Notes: a model not told the origin generated them from the letters alone. A stretch of DNA of 64,000 nucleotides from Nemertoderma westbladi (GCA_032718475.1 JAUCBJ010008438.1:1-64000); one strand, 5' to 3'. Numbered from the stretch's first letter, positions 9,347 to 24,900 are shown. Translations and numbers: made by a program.

Positions 9347-11815
9347 ATGGCGATGTCCTCTTCAACAGCTTCCGATCGATCTACTTCTTCATACAAGGCT
9401 CCTCCCCAATTACGAGATGGCGTTTCATACGAAATTTGGAAGAAGGAAGTCAGTGCTTGGAAACACTTTACGGATATTAGGGCCGATAAACAAGGAACTG
9501 CGCTCGCTCTAAGCCTCAGTGGTAAGGCTAGAGATGCAGCTTTTGAACTAGAACTCGCCCAATTAAATTCTGCTGGAGGGCTTGATTTGGTCATCCAAAA
9601 ACTCGATTCATTATACGAACTAAGTCGTCCGTTGGTGATCTTCCAGGCAATAAACTCATTTGTAAAGTTCCGGCGCCCAGCTGACATGTCAATGGTTGAT
9701 TATCTTATAGAGTTTGAACGACTTTATAATAAATGTAAAATGTATAACCTGAATTTTCCCGAAGAATTTCTCGCCTACCAACTTCTTGAATGTGCGAGTT
9801 TATCGGAAGCAGATTCCCACCTTGCACGAGCGTCAGTCAATGAGTTTACTTACAAGGATATGAAGTTACAAATTACCCGTATACATGGTGACTCCCGAAT
9901 ATCCGGAGAATCAAATAACAGTGATACTATGAATATTAAGGTTGAACCAACATTTCCAGCTGTTCACACAACGGAGCCTATATTTGAGGAAGAATATTAT
10001 CAAGACTATAATGACGGCTATCAGTGGAATGAACCAAATCCCCATGAAGAAGATGTTTATTATACCTACCGTGGCCCATTCCGTGGTGGATATAACAATA
10101 GAGGGCCAAGACGAAGTGGTAATTATTATCGAAGCTTTAAACAACGATTCCCCAGACAACAACCAGGTCGAGTAGCAAATTTAAGACGACATTATGGTGG
10201 AATAGGAAGTACAAGTACAAGTAAAATTAATCCTTTGGATTATGATGGAAAACCCAGTGGTTGCTCCGTTTGCCATTCTATTTACCACTGGGCAGCCAAC
10301 TGTCCAGAACTTCCACAAGAGGAGGATTCTAAAATTACACTATTTACAGATAAAGATATCCATCCTGATACCGAGTTATTTGGAGAAACCATTGGTTGTG
10401 CCATTATTGATTGTGGTTGTACGGCAACAGTATGTGGAAAGAGTTGGGTTGCGATTTATATAGACAGTCTGAATGGGTCTGATCAAAGATTGGTTAAAAA
10501 AACTCCGAGCTCAACTGTATTTAAATTTGGAGATGGAAATCGGAATGTTTCTTTATATAAATTAGAAATTCCAATATATATTGGTTCAAGAAAAATTTTT
10601 CTAGTAACAGATGTGGTTGATTGTGAAATTCCTTTACTTTTCTCACAGCCCAGTCTAAAGAAAGCTAAAGCAGTTATCAATTTTAAAAATGATACTGTGA
10701 CAATGTTCGGAGAACCACAAAAGGTTATGGTTACAAAAACTGGCCATTATTGTTTGACCCTTTCTAGATCTATGAATCCTAGTAATTCCGATACTAGACG
10801 GTGTTTATTCGCTGCTCCACTTGATGAGTTGGAGGGATCTGATCTGAATAATGCAGTCTATAAACTTCATAGACAATTTGCTCATCCACATGCAGATGCA
10901 TTGAAGAACTTGATAAAGACTGCTGAGTGTAAAAACCCAGAGATAATGTCTATTGTAGATGAAATAAGCAAAGAATGCAAAATATGTCGGATTTATAAGA
11001 AACCATCACCCCGCCCTGTGGTTGGATTACCAACAGCTACGCAATTTAATGAAATGGTTGGCCTTGATTTGAAGGAATTCCGCCCTGGGGTATATTTCTT
11101 ACATATGGTAGACCATGTTACACGTTATGGATCAGCTGCTGTTATTAGAAGCAAAAAGAAAGAAGTTGTAGTTGAAAAACTAATGGAATATTGGATACGA
11201 ATTTTTGGGGCCCCTAAGAAATTCCTTTCTGACAATGGAGGAGAGTTCATTAACCATGAGCTAATTGAGTTAAGTGAACAATTTAATATATTAATTAAAA
11301 CTACAGCTGCAGAGAGTGCTTGGTCGAATGGTTTAGTAGAGAGACATAATGGTATACTTAGTACCATGGTGGAGAAAATCCTAGCTGATACTCCATGTAA
11401 ACTCGAAATCGCAGTACATTGGGCTGTTGCTGCCAAAAACAGCTTACAGAATGTTTATGGTTATAGCCCTAATTCCTTGGTATTTGGCTGTAATCCCATA
11501 ATCCCTTCCAATATGGTGAATAAACCACCAGCTCTTAGTGGACTTGGTATAAGTGACCTTATATGTGCGAATATTAAGGCCCTCCACAGTGCACGTAATG
11601 CCTACATTCAACAAGAAAGTTCAGAAAAACTACGTAGAGCATTAAATAAACAAGTACGGTCCTATAGTGATACTATTTTCCTGAATGGTGATAATGTTTA
11701 TTATAAACGGAATAATTCCTCTGCTTGGAAAGGTCCAGCAAGGATTCTTGGATCTGATGGTCAACAATTCCTAGTCAAGCATGGTGGACTTTATTATAGA
11801 GTTCACCCTTGCTGA
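9347..11815 (+). CDS. Copia gag-protease-integrase (first part of gag-pol; ends at an in-frame TGA)
   Basis: Knuckle CSVCHSIYHWAANC; protease AIIDCGC; integrase HRQFAH..CKIC, GLDL, SDNGGEF, NGLVERHN. Confidence 0.92.
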   Translation: MAMSSSTASDRSTSSYKAPPQLRDGVSYEIWKKEVSAWKHFTDIRADKQGTALALSLSGKARDAAFELELAQLNSAGGLDLVIQKLDSLYELSRPLVIFQAINSFVKFRRPADMSMVDYLIEFERLYNKCKMYNLNFPEEFLAYQLLECASLSEADSHLARASVNEFTYKDMKLQITRIHGDSRISGESNNSDTMNIKVEPTFPAVHTTEPIFEEEYYQDYNDGYQWNEPNPHEEDVYYTYRGPFRGGYNNRGPRRSGNYYRSFKQRFPRQQPGRVANLRRHYGGIGSTSTSKINPLDYDGKPSGCSVCHSIYHWAANCPELPQEEDSKITLFTDKDIHPDTELFGETIGCAIIDCGCTATVCGKSWVAIYIDSLNGSDQRLVKKTPSSTVFKFGDGNRNVSLYKLEIPIYIGSRKIFLVTDVVDCEIPLLFSQPSLKKAKAVINFKNDTVTMFGEPQKVMVTKTGHYCLTLSRSMNPSNSDTRRCLFAAPLDELEGSDLNNAVYKLHRQFAHPHADALKNLIKTAECKNPEIMSIVDEISKECKICRIYKKPSPRPVVGLPTATQFNEMVGLDLKEFRPGVYFLHMVDHVTRYGSAAVIRSKKKEVVVEKLMEYWIRIFGAPKKFLSDNGGEFINHELIELSEQFNILIKTTAAESAWSNGLVERHNGILSTMVEKILADTPCKLEIAVHWAVAAKNSLQNVYGYSPNSLVFGCNPIIPSNMVNKPPALSGLGISDLICANIKALHSARNAYIQQESSEKLRRALNKQVRSYSDTIFLNGDNVYYKRNNSSAWKGPARILGSDGQQFLVKHGGLYYRVHPC

Positions 11816-13338
11816 ATGACATTGGCATCGATTCCGCTAGAAGTTAAGGAAAGATCCATAGATCCAAAGAATGACAATAAGGTAAACAGTGAGGGTAAAG
11901 AAGTTGATAATAAACAGAAACGAGCCATACCAAGTGATGGAGATGATGAAACAGATGGGGAGAAACAACCCAATAATTCCATTCCACACGATATCACAAC
12001 TGCCAATAATCAAACTACTGATAAGCCAAGTACCCAGGATGGTAAGCTGGAAATGCCTAAGACAAATGATAATATAAAATATCAGCCAATGGGTAGTTCT
12101 GACTGGAAAACTGGAAAAGTTATAGGGAGAGCTGGAAAGGCTTCAGGAAAATATTGGCATTGCTACAATATAAAAGATAAAATAACTGGTGATTCAAAAT
12201 GTTTAAGCTTCAAGGACGACATCCAACAGTGGAATTTTGACCATGGGACAGAAGATGAAGATAAGTCATGCAATATTGTTTATCAGGCCAGAGATTCATT
12301 TGATCCTGTGAGGGTAAAACAGGCTATATCTGAAGAACTGCAAAAATGGAAGGATATGAACACCTATACTGAAATTGAAAATGTTGGGCAACCTTTCATT
12401 ACAACGACTTGGAATTTTGATGAACGAATTAAAGGTGGAATATTACGTCTTAAGGCAAGATTGTGTGCCAGAGGTTATGAGTGTTTTGATTCAATGCGTT
12501 CAGATTCCCCAACATGTGGTAAGGACTCTGTTAGAATTGGCCTTGTCATTATTACATCTAATAAATGGAGGTTGAACACAATGGATATAAAGAGTGCATT
12601 CCTGCAAGGGCTTGATGTTGACAGAGATTTATTTATAAAGCCTCCAAAAGAGGCACTTACCAACAAGCTTTGGAGGTTGAATAAATGCGTATATGGTTTA
12701 AGTGAGGCTGGTAGACAGTGGTACTTAAAACTAGAACAAACCTTAAAGTCTGTTGGTATGGTAAAGTCTAAATATGACCCTGCGTTATTTTTTTATCATT
12801 ATCAAGAACTTCTTCAAGGTATTATCTGCTGTCATGTCGACGACATCCTATGGGGAGGTACTGACATATTTGTTCAACAAATAATCACTAAATTGCGCAA
12901 AGAGTTCCTTATAAGTACTGAGGAAAATACAATGTTGAAATATGTTGGTTTAAATCTAAAGCAAAGTAATAATGTCATATCACTTGACTTAAATGACTAT
13001 ATACGTAATACCGAAGGAGTGAAAGTCGATTCTAAGCGTCCTAAAGATAGTGCTTTAACACAGAAGGAAATTGCTGACCTTCGGAGTTTTTGTGGGAAAC
13101 TCAACTGGATAGTTAGCCAATCTCGACCTGATTGCTTCTTTGAATCTTGTTACTTAGCCTGCATTGCCCGGAAAGGAACTGTGAAAGACTTGTATTATGC
13201 TAATAAGACATTAACAAAATTAAAGAATACAGAATGTATTTTATGTTATCCTGAGATTGGTAATTTATCTAAATCATACATTGTCATATATACTGATGCC
13301 AGTTTTGGAAATCTTCCCGATTCAGGTTCTCAGGCAGG
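11816..13338 (+). CDS. Copia reverse transcriptase and start of RNase H (same frame as upstream ORF; interrupted by RTE)
   Basis: KARLCARG, DIKSAFLQG, VYGLSEAGRQWY, HVDD, RNase H YTDASFG. Confidence 0.92.
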
Positions 13339-14328
13339 GCGTCCTCCAAGGAGACACACTTGCACCATTCTTGTTCATTATTGTGGTTGACTATGTTCTA
13401 CGCATGTCCTTAGATCATCATAATGATGATGGGGTGATGATAACTCCACCTACTGGCTCCAGAAGTCGAGGAAATCCTGCCAAGTACCTAACTGATCTAG
13501 ACTTTGCTGATGACTTAGGAGTACTCTCAGAATCATTAGAGGGAGCCCAGCGGCTCCTCAGCTCATTAGAACATGCTGCTTCTAGTGTTGGTCTTTTTAT
13601 TAACTCCAGAAAGACCAAAATTCTGACAGTTAACTTTGAAAGTGCTGAGCAAGTCTCTGATCGGATGAGCATAAGCTCAAAGGATGGTATGCTTGAGCAT
13701 GTGGACGACTTCTGTTACCTGGGATCATGGATCCAGAAGTCAGGTGAGGACCTTCGAATACGAGAGGGAAAGGCATGGGCAGCCTTGAATAGGCTTTCCA
13801 GGATTTGGAAGTCACCTAGAATTAATCGGAAACTTAAGGTCCAATTATTTAGAGCAGCAGTAGTTCCAGTACTCCTCTACGGGAGTCCATGCTGGGCTCT
13901 AACTGCTGAGGACACCAAATCTCTGGATGGCACATTCACAAGAATGCTACGCCGGGTACATTGTGTCAAGTACAATGCACACATCTCCAACCAGACACTA
14001 TATAACATTGGAGGTGTCTCATTGGTTCCCCCAAGCTTGACACTAGAACAAAATCGCCTCCGCTTTGCAGGACATTGCTTTCGCCGTGAGGACCAGCCAG
14101 TGCATAATCTTGTACTTTGGCAGCCTCATGGAGTGAATAAGCAAGGTGGACAGCCCATGACTTTCTTGAGACGCATCTTAAAGGACACTGGCCTTAAAGA
14201 TGCGGATGATCTAGCAAATGTCATGGGTGATAGGGAGTTGTGGCGGTGCAATTTTGTTGACAAGCCAGCACAGCATTCTTAAAAATGCAGCTGCAATGCA
14301 GCATGCCGATCCTAGTAGTAGTAGTAGT
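13339..14328 (+). mobile_element. 5'-truncated RTE-clade LINE nested in the Copia RNase H
   Basis: RT motifs GVLQGDTLAPFLF, DFADD, FCYLGS; (TAG)n tail 14313-14328; TSD AGGCAGG at 13332-13338 and 14329-14335. Confidence 0.93.
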
Positions 14329-14335
14329 AGGCAGG

Positions 14336-14801
14336 CTATATTGCATTTCTAGTTGGTGAGAATGGTCATTGTGCTCCAATTAGCTGGAAGAGCCATCGTA
14401 TACGACGAGTAGTGAAGAGTACATTGGCAGCGGAAGCTCTTGCATGTTCTGCAGCCTGTGAGGATGCATATGCTTTGTCTTGCACTGTATCAGAAATTAT
14501 AAATACTAAACATACACCAGTATATGTCCTAACTGATAACCAATCATTGGTAGATGCTATTGACTCTTCAAAGCCGGTTATTGAGAAACGACTTCGACTT
14601 GAGATTGCTGTACTCAAGGAAATGGTGGATAAAGGGGAAGTCGATGGATTAACCTGGGTTCCAACATACAATCAACTTGCGGATTGTTTAACTAAACAAG
14701 GCGCTTCGACTGCTAAACTTATTGGTATTTTGAATGGAAACATATATTTCGATAAACTAAACAACACTATGTTAAATATTGCCAAGGACCACAAATATTA
14801 A
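14336..14801 (+). CDS. Copia RNase H C-terminal part
   Basis: Resumes YIAFLVG...KSTLAAE, TDNQSL, QLADCLTK after the RTE insertion. Confidence 0.9.
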
Positions 14802-14869
14802 ATAACTTAATACTTGCAACGATGATGGATCAAAAGTGGTTTGTTTTACAAATAGAAAGAAAGTGAGAT

Positions 14870-15079
14870 TGTTAGATTAGGCCTAAGGCCTAGTAGGCTA
14901 CCGGACTAACTGATACATAGATTTAACCGGTACTTGGTGTTGGTAGAATATATTAACATATATTATAACATAATAACATATATTATATACCGGTACTTTA
15001 TAGTCTGGGCATGGAGCCTAATATAGAAGTTATTTGATTATAAACAAACTTATATTTTGCCATATACTAATCATTAACA
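14870..15079 (+). repeat. 3' LTR of GalEa-like Copia
   Basis: Identical by eye to 9114-9323. Confidence 0.95.
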
Positions 15080-15654
15080 CCAGGGCCCCACTATTAATGT
15101 GATTGCTTGAAAACTCAGTATTTTAATATGGTTTTATTCGACAATATTATATTTTATGTTCTTCTCATTTTTAATCAGTCAGTGCTAGCGCCGTCCAACG
15201 CGCTTTTAATGCTATTTTATTTGTGCTAATTAAAATGAATAATTAAACCGCCGGTGGAATCCGGACATGAAATGAAATGATAGCAAGTAAGGATAGTGAG
15301 AGAAAGCAGTACTTTCTTACTCTGTTTTCTATGAATTTATTGAGAAAAAGTGGATTTTTTCAGATAAAAATGAATTTTCCCTTTTCCATATAATATTATT
15401 TATCTTTATATCATTGAATTTTTATATCATTGTGTCAAATATTAACAGATTCCGATTCCCGGGTTATGTCTTTATTAAACAACGGGCTATTTATATTTAT
15501 AAGGATATATTTAAGCCAACTATAGTACACAGCACAATAAAATACCTAAAATCTAGAATGTAATATAACCAAACTAAATAATAAATCGCTAATTGTAAGA
15601 TAAACAACATCAGTGTCAATAATAAAACTACAATATAAAATAAAGCGACTAGTC

Positions 15655-18396
<2,742 letters not shown>

Positions 18397-18976
18397 AGTT
18401 CTGTAGTTACCTGGAGTGGTTGATTATTAATCTGATACCGGTATTGGTAATGTCTGAATGTGCAAGACTAATCAGCTTCAGCTACTACAGTACTATGCCT
18501 ACGTCAGTACTGCAGTACCGTACGTCTGTACGGTTATGGAGCGTTACAGCGTTAGGTCCTGGCGCTTTAGGTCCTGGCTGCCTGGTAGCTGGGTAGCTGT
18601 AGGTCCGTGGCGTTAAGTCCAGAAGTCCTGGTAGCGTTAGGGCCGTGCAATGGGGTACACGACTCAAATTCAAAATCAGATGAATTAGATGCAATAATAT
18701 CACAGAAACACAATGCAGCAATGGCGTTTACAGAATTCAATAAGATGCTAAAATATTCGAGATATTAGTGTTTTCAGTTTAAAAATTATTCAAAATATGA
18801 AAACGATCTGTGATTGGTCGTGACGTCAATATACGCCTCCGAATTCAATTTATATCAACATTCAGATACCTAATACTATCTTTGTATAAATTGGGGCAGT
18901 TTGTTGCTGCAGGGACTGCTATATTTGATATTACAGTTGTACTGTAGTACAGCAGTACAGTGCAGCAGTACCTATT

Positions 18977-19613
18977 TATGAAGCGCCGTTTACGCCAAAA
19001 CTATCTGAATAAATATTATACTCAAGATGTGTCAATAAAAAATATTATACTTAAGATGTATCTAAATTCTCGGCCGAGATTCTCGGCCGAGATCTCGGCC
19101 GAGTTTTCTCTGCCGAGTTTTTCTCGGCCGAGATCTCGGCCGAGAATTTATAATCTTAAAAGTTGTAACAGCGGGAAATATTGCTCAATATATATCGTAT
19201 AGCTTTATCAAGGTTGACATTATCGATATCAGAGTAGGCTATTTATTATTATTCAGTCCATATTGTTTACAACGCCTTGAAATAGTTCGTTCGCTAACAT
19301 CCAAAATGCGTGCCGTAAATACTGTAATTATTGCAAATACAATGCCATTTTAAATTTCCCGCCGTTTCATATTTTAATACTTTCTCGGCCGAGAAAAACT
19401 CGGCCGAGAAAAACTCGGCCGGGAAAAACTCGGCCGAGAAAAACTCGGCCGAGAATCTCGGCCGAGAAAAACTCGGCCGAGATCTCGGCCGAGAAAAACT
19501 CGGCCGAGAATCTCCGCCGAGAATTTAGATACATCTTAAGTATAATATTTTTTATTGACACATCTTGAGAATAATATTTATTCAGATAGTTTTGGCGTAA
19601 ACGGCGCTTCATA
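18977..19613. mobile_element. MITE with ~90-bp terminal inverted repeats and CTCGGCCGAG subterminal repeats
   Basis: TATGAAGCGCCGTTTACGCC... mirrored at 19613; CCTATT flanks both ends (18971-18976, 19614-19619). Confidence 0.85.
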
Positions 19614-20960
19614 CCTATTGAAAAGTTTTATTTTTTTTTTCGCCGAACGCGGCGCCGGTTGCCAAAAATCCTGCGCCGGCTCTGAGCGATACCACGCCGG
19701 GTGCAAAAAATCCTGCGCGGGCTCTGTGCAATGCAAAATGCTGCGCCGGGTGAAAAATCTTCTGCCGGCTCTTCAAAGCTGCACTGGGCTGACTGGTATA
19801 AAACATAAAATCTCCCTGTTACATACTGTACGTACCTGTACCGGTAGTTTATTCTGTTATCTATAATACTGCAGCTGCATATAGTATACTGTATGTAATG
19901 AATGAAATATGTATGTAATGAAACATATCCCCCACCCCCCTCCCCCTGTCTTGAGTTGATGGTACAAGAGACATGTATTCAGTTAATTACTGCATGATAT
20001 CGTATTGTATTCGACAAACTTATGTTCCATAGAAAGTCATAATAAGATTACCAAAATAAAAGTAATGGGGAAGGATTTTGATATTTGAATATAGGCCTAT
20101 TAAACTCTATTATATGGTTTTCATAATTATTATTTCTTGCATGTTAAACTAAATCATCAGGTACAGCGTGCCATTAATAAGTATTCATGGTATTGGCATT
20201 TGTTTGTAAAGTTGCACTTTTGGAAATTGTGCTAATCCGAGTTGTTACTTAAACGAACGAAAGTAGTGGGTGGGTGAAATGAAAATAAGGATACAGAGAC
20301 GGAAAACCTTAAAGACAAATTGTTTTTCTTTGTCTGTTGTTTTATACCAAAAGTGTAACATTACGAAACAACTACTTAAGAAACACTGCATGTAAATTTT
20401 TGTTGTCAAGTAAAGTGTACATTTCTTGAAATTACTCAAATGTTACAATATGAATTATAGAAAGAATATTAAAGACTACTTCAACTTCAGTAGGCCTATT
20501 CCTTGTATTTATGTACTACGTTCTACTTTACTTCATACTGTACTGTGGTCCGGTATACGTCTATGCTACAGATACGGTATGTCTGAATGAATAATGACTA
20601 GCTGTATGTTATGTTACTGTATGTCATTAATATCGCCAGAATAACAATAAAATATTATTTTTTGCACATGTACACTGTACAGTGGATTAAAATAAAATGA
20701 ACACATATCTGGCAAAGTACGCTAATAAGCGTATGTACTATTGTAATAAAATTACGGATAATGGTATTCAGGATAAATTAGTAAAATAATTAAAATTATA
20801 GTTTATTTACAGTACTTCTTACAGTTGGTGCATGTTAATTATAAAAAAAAAGTCGAGGGACTTTGAGGCGCAGCCAGCAAATATTAATAGTCAATACGCA
20901 TCATTCATAGCCCATGTGTATTCTAAAATTTACCTTCGATATCTGCCGTAAAAAATAAAT

Positions 20961-21687
20961 GTTTTTTGTCCTTATTGTTCGGGAAGTAGTGTTTGGTTTT
21001 TGTCCTTATTATTCGGGAAGTAGTGTTTGGTTTTTGTCCTTATTATTCGGGAAGTAGTGTTTGGTTTTTGTCCTTATTATTCGGGAAGTAGTGTTTGGTT
21101 TTTGTCCTTATTATTCGGGAAGTAGTGTTTGGTTTTTGTCCTTATTGTTCGGGAAGTAGTGTTTGGTTTTTGTCCTTATTATTCGGGAAGTAGTGTTTGG
21201 TTTTTGTCCTTATTATTCGGGAAGTAGTGTTTGGTTTTTGTCCTTATTGTTCGGGAAGTAGTGTTTGGTTTTTGTCCTTATTATTCGGGAAGTAGTGTTT
21301 GGTTTTTGTCCTTATTGTTCGGGAAGTAGTGTTTGGTTTTTGTCCTTATTATTCGGGAAGTAGTGTTTGGTTTTTGTCCTTATTATTCGGGAAGTAGTGT
21401 TTGGTTTTTGTCCTTATTATTCGGGAAGTAGTGTTTGGTTTTTGCTTGTATTTATACATATTAGGGTACATGTTGTTGTTTTTACTGAAGATCGTTAACT
21501 AATTTGTTTTTTAGTTTCTTACCTAGTGTTTTTATAGATTTGCCTTGTTAATTGTTTTAAGTCGGTGTCTAGTGCGTTCCAGACAATGGCACCGTGATAT
21601 TTTAGTGAATTTTGTGATAGAGATAGTCGGGTCCGTGGTATGCAGAAGTTTTGGCGTGCCGTTGATCGATTATTATAGGTATGTAAA
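20961..21687 (-). mobile_element. Short 3'-end copy of the CR1/L2-type LINE with ~14 x 34-bp tail repeats
   Basis: 21445-21687 nearly duplicates 22180-22411; 34-bp unit TCCTTATTATTCGGGAAGTAGTGTTTGGTTTTTG at 20961-21444. Confidence 0.85.
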
Positions 21688-21691
21688 TATT

Positions 21692-21932
21692 GCAGCTTGG
21701 TCTAGTGGTGACATTACTGTGCTTCCGATTAGGGAGCCCGGGTTCGATCCCTAGATGGGGCAGCACTGTTTGGGCACAGTGCTTTAAATGCTGCAGCCTA
21801 GCCCAACCCCGGCTTTCATCCTTCAGTGGTCGATAAATGGGAACCAAGGCAACTTGGGAAACAGAGTGGAAGGGTTTACTGTGGAAGATCACCCATGGTT
21901 ATGAACAGGCATTCCTTTAGGAAACAGAGTGG
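21692..21932 (+). mobile_element. tRNA-derived SINE
   Basis: A box TGGTCTAGTGG (21698-21708), B box GGTTCGATCCC (21741-21751), then CTTTCATCCTTCAGTGGTCGATAAATGGG, resembling conserved SINE central domains. Confidence 0.75.
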
Positions 21933-24900
21933 TTTGGTTTTTGTCTTTATTATTCGGGAAGTAGTGTTTGGTTTTTGTCTTTATTATTCGGGAAGTAGTG
22001 TTTGGTTTTTGTCTTTATTATTCGGAAGTAGTGTTTGGTTTTTGTCCTTATTATTCGGGAAGTAGTGTTTGGTTTTTGTCCTTATTATTCGGGAAGTAGT
22101 GTTTGGTTTTTGTCTTTATTATTCGGGAAGTAGTGTTTGGTTTTTGTCCTTATTATTCGGGAAGTAGTGTTTGGTTTTTGCTTGTATTTATACATATTAG
22201 GGTACATGTTGTTGTTTTTACTGAAGATCGTTAACTAATTTGTTTTTTAGTTTCTTACCTAGTGTTTTTTTTAGATTTGCTTTGTTTTTAAGTCGGTGTC
22301 TAGTGCGTTCCAGACAATGGCACCGTGATATTTTAGTGAATTTTGTGTTAGAGATAGTCGGGTCCGTGGTATGCAGAAGTTTTGGCGTGCCGTGTATTAT
22401 AGGTATGTAAAGCGGATGTTTGCAGGAACAATGAAGTGATAAAAGATCGTTTTTTGTTATTTGTATTTCCCACATTAATTTGGATGTTTCAAGTATTGTG
22501 TAGTTTGTCTATAGGTAGTATATTTAATTGTTTGTATAGTGGTGCCGCATGTTTCCGGTAGTGACTGAAGGTAATTGCTCTAATTAATTTGTTTATTTTA
22601 ATTTTAATCGGGTTAATGTGAACATGTTTAGCAGTTCCCCAGATCACTATTCCGTACGTAATATATGGTTGGATCAGTGCATAGTAAAGTAATTTTAGAA
22701 TATTTAACGGTAGGGTGTGTCGTAATTTAAAGAAAATACCTATAGATTTTGAAATTTTTTTTAGTACATTTAGATTTAGAGAGAGTTGGTTGTCAGTAAG
22801 CCAATGTTCAATATTTTGCAGTTCAGTGTTAACAGTGTCAGTCAGTATCGTCGGGTCTTGATGGCTGTGAAGTAGGTTAGTGTCGTCTGCGAATAGGGTT
22901 GCTAGTAGTGTTGTACAGTTGGGTAAGTCGTTAATGTAAAGTAGGAATAAGGTGGCACTTAGTATTGCTCCCTGTGGGGTTCCACAGGGAGCCTGTATTG
23001 GTTCTGATTGGGTGTTGCCTATAGTAACGGAGTGTGTGCGGTTGTTTAAGAAGCTGGTTATTAATTTGTGGGGGGTACCCCGTATACCGTAGCATTCTAG
23101 CTTATTGAGAAGTATTTTATGTTGTAGAGTGTCGAAGGCCTTTTTAAGATCTAATGAAATTAGGCATGCTGATTCTTTGGAGTCTAATATTTGTTGTAAT
23201 CTTTCAGTAACTGTGAGTATGGCGTCTGTGGTTGTAGAGTGCGTTCGGAATCCGTATTGGCAGTCAGATAATATGGAGTATTTGTTCAAATAAGATAGTA
23301 ATTGTGAATTTATGACGCGTTCAAATAGTTTACTAAATAGCGGTAGTATTGAGATTGGCCTGTAGTTATTTTTATCAGTAGGGTCGCCAGACTTAAAGAT
23401 AGGGGTAATTTTTGCTTGCTTAAGATTAGAAGGGAAAAAACCGTTTTTGATGGAAAGATTAATTAAGTAAGTGAGGTGAGGGGCGATGTCATATGCAGCT
23501 AACTTTACTATTTTTATAGGGAAACTGTCGTTTGTAGAGCAGGAGTTGTTGAGATCCAGAATGTTATAAATAGTTTCTGTGTTAGAAGTTTCAATGAGAC
23601 TGAAGGAGTTCGGTTTACGGTGATTAATAAAGCGTGTGGGGTTTCTGTTTGAAGTTGGTATGCTTTGAGCTAGTCGCGGACCAATATCGCAAAATGGTTG
23701 TTAAAAACACTGCAAATCTCCTCTGGGTCCGTAATTTCAATCTCGTTTCCATTTTTAGATACAGTAATTTTTTTTGGTGATGATTTTATTTTTGTTTTTT
23801 TTTAAGCCGTATTTATCGTTTGCCATGTTTTCCGTGTATTATTTTTATTTTTTTCGAATTGTTTTTTAAAGTATAAATTTTCAGCTACTCTTAAGAGTTT
23901 AGTAAGTTTATTACGATATTTTTTGTATTCATCTAGTTTATCATCCGTCATACTTTTTGATATCGCCGCAAACATTTTGTTTTTAATTAATGTTGATTTT
24001 ATTAGGCCATTAGTCATCCATGGTTTTTTGGGTATTTCTTTATTTTTAATTCTTTTTTTGGAAGGTGGGTGTTTGCAATTTTCTCAAAATTTTTATAGAA
24101 TTCATTAAATTTATTTTCAGCGGTAATACTCTTATTTTTGTACGTCCAGGCATTTGGATTTTGTAAATCTTTTAAGAAATTTTCTTTGTTAAATTTGGAG
24201 TAGTCAAAGACGTAGAGTCTGTCTGGTTGGTTGAAAAAACATGTATAATTTTGGATTCCTACTTCCGTTAAAAATACTCCCGGTGTTAACATTCGATCAT
24301 GTATATTAGTTGCTATATGGTCAATAAGAGTTTTGGAATGTGGGGTGATTCTAGTTGGTACCTTAATGAGTTGTTCAAAAGAGTTTGATTCTAGTGTTTG
24401 CAAATAATGAGAAGAGTTATTCGTATTTTTTAGTAGGTCTATATTAAAATCTCCTGTTAAAATGATGTCGACATTTTGATTAGATAAGTTGAAGAGAGTA
24501 TTACAGTATTAAGATTTTCAAGGAAACTGCTGAAGTCACAGGAATCAGGGCGGTATATAGTGCCTATTATTAAAGGTTTTTTATTTTTTTTATTTTTTGA
24601 TCGAGAAATTCTAACCCAGGAAGATTCACAGTGTTCGATTTTAATGTTATGAAGTTGGGTGAAGTCTAGTCCGTGTTTGATGTAAATAGCCGTCCCACCC
24701 CGGTCCCGCTTCCCGTATTGTCGGTTAGTTACTGTCGGCTGTGAGTATCCTGTTATGTTTACCGTGGTAAGGTCAGTATCATCAGTTAGAAAGGTTTCCG
24801 TAAAAGTAAGTACGTCAAACTGTTTGTTTAGTAAGTCAAGGTAGGCAGTCGTTGCATTAAGGTTTTTATTTAAGCTCCTACAGTTTAGGTGGAATACTGA

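Larger units (their letters stand above)
9114..15079 (+). mobile_element. Full-length Ty1/Copia LTR retrotransposon, GalEa-like clade
   Basis: 210-bp TG...CA LTRs; PBS TGGTAGCAGAGC; PPT at ~14854-14868; order gag-PR-IN-RT-RH; CCAG duplicated at 9110-9113 and 15080-15083. Confidence 0.95.

Noticed and set aside
21692-21765. Functional tRNA gene
   Set aside because: A and B boxes present but no convincing acceptor stem or poly-T terminator; continues into SINE-like body.
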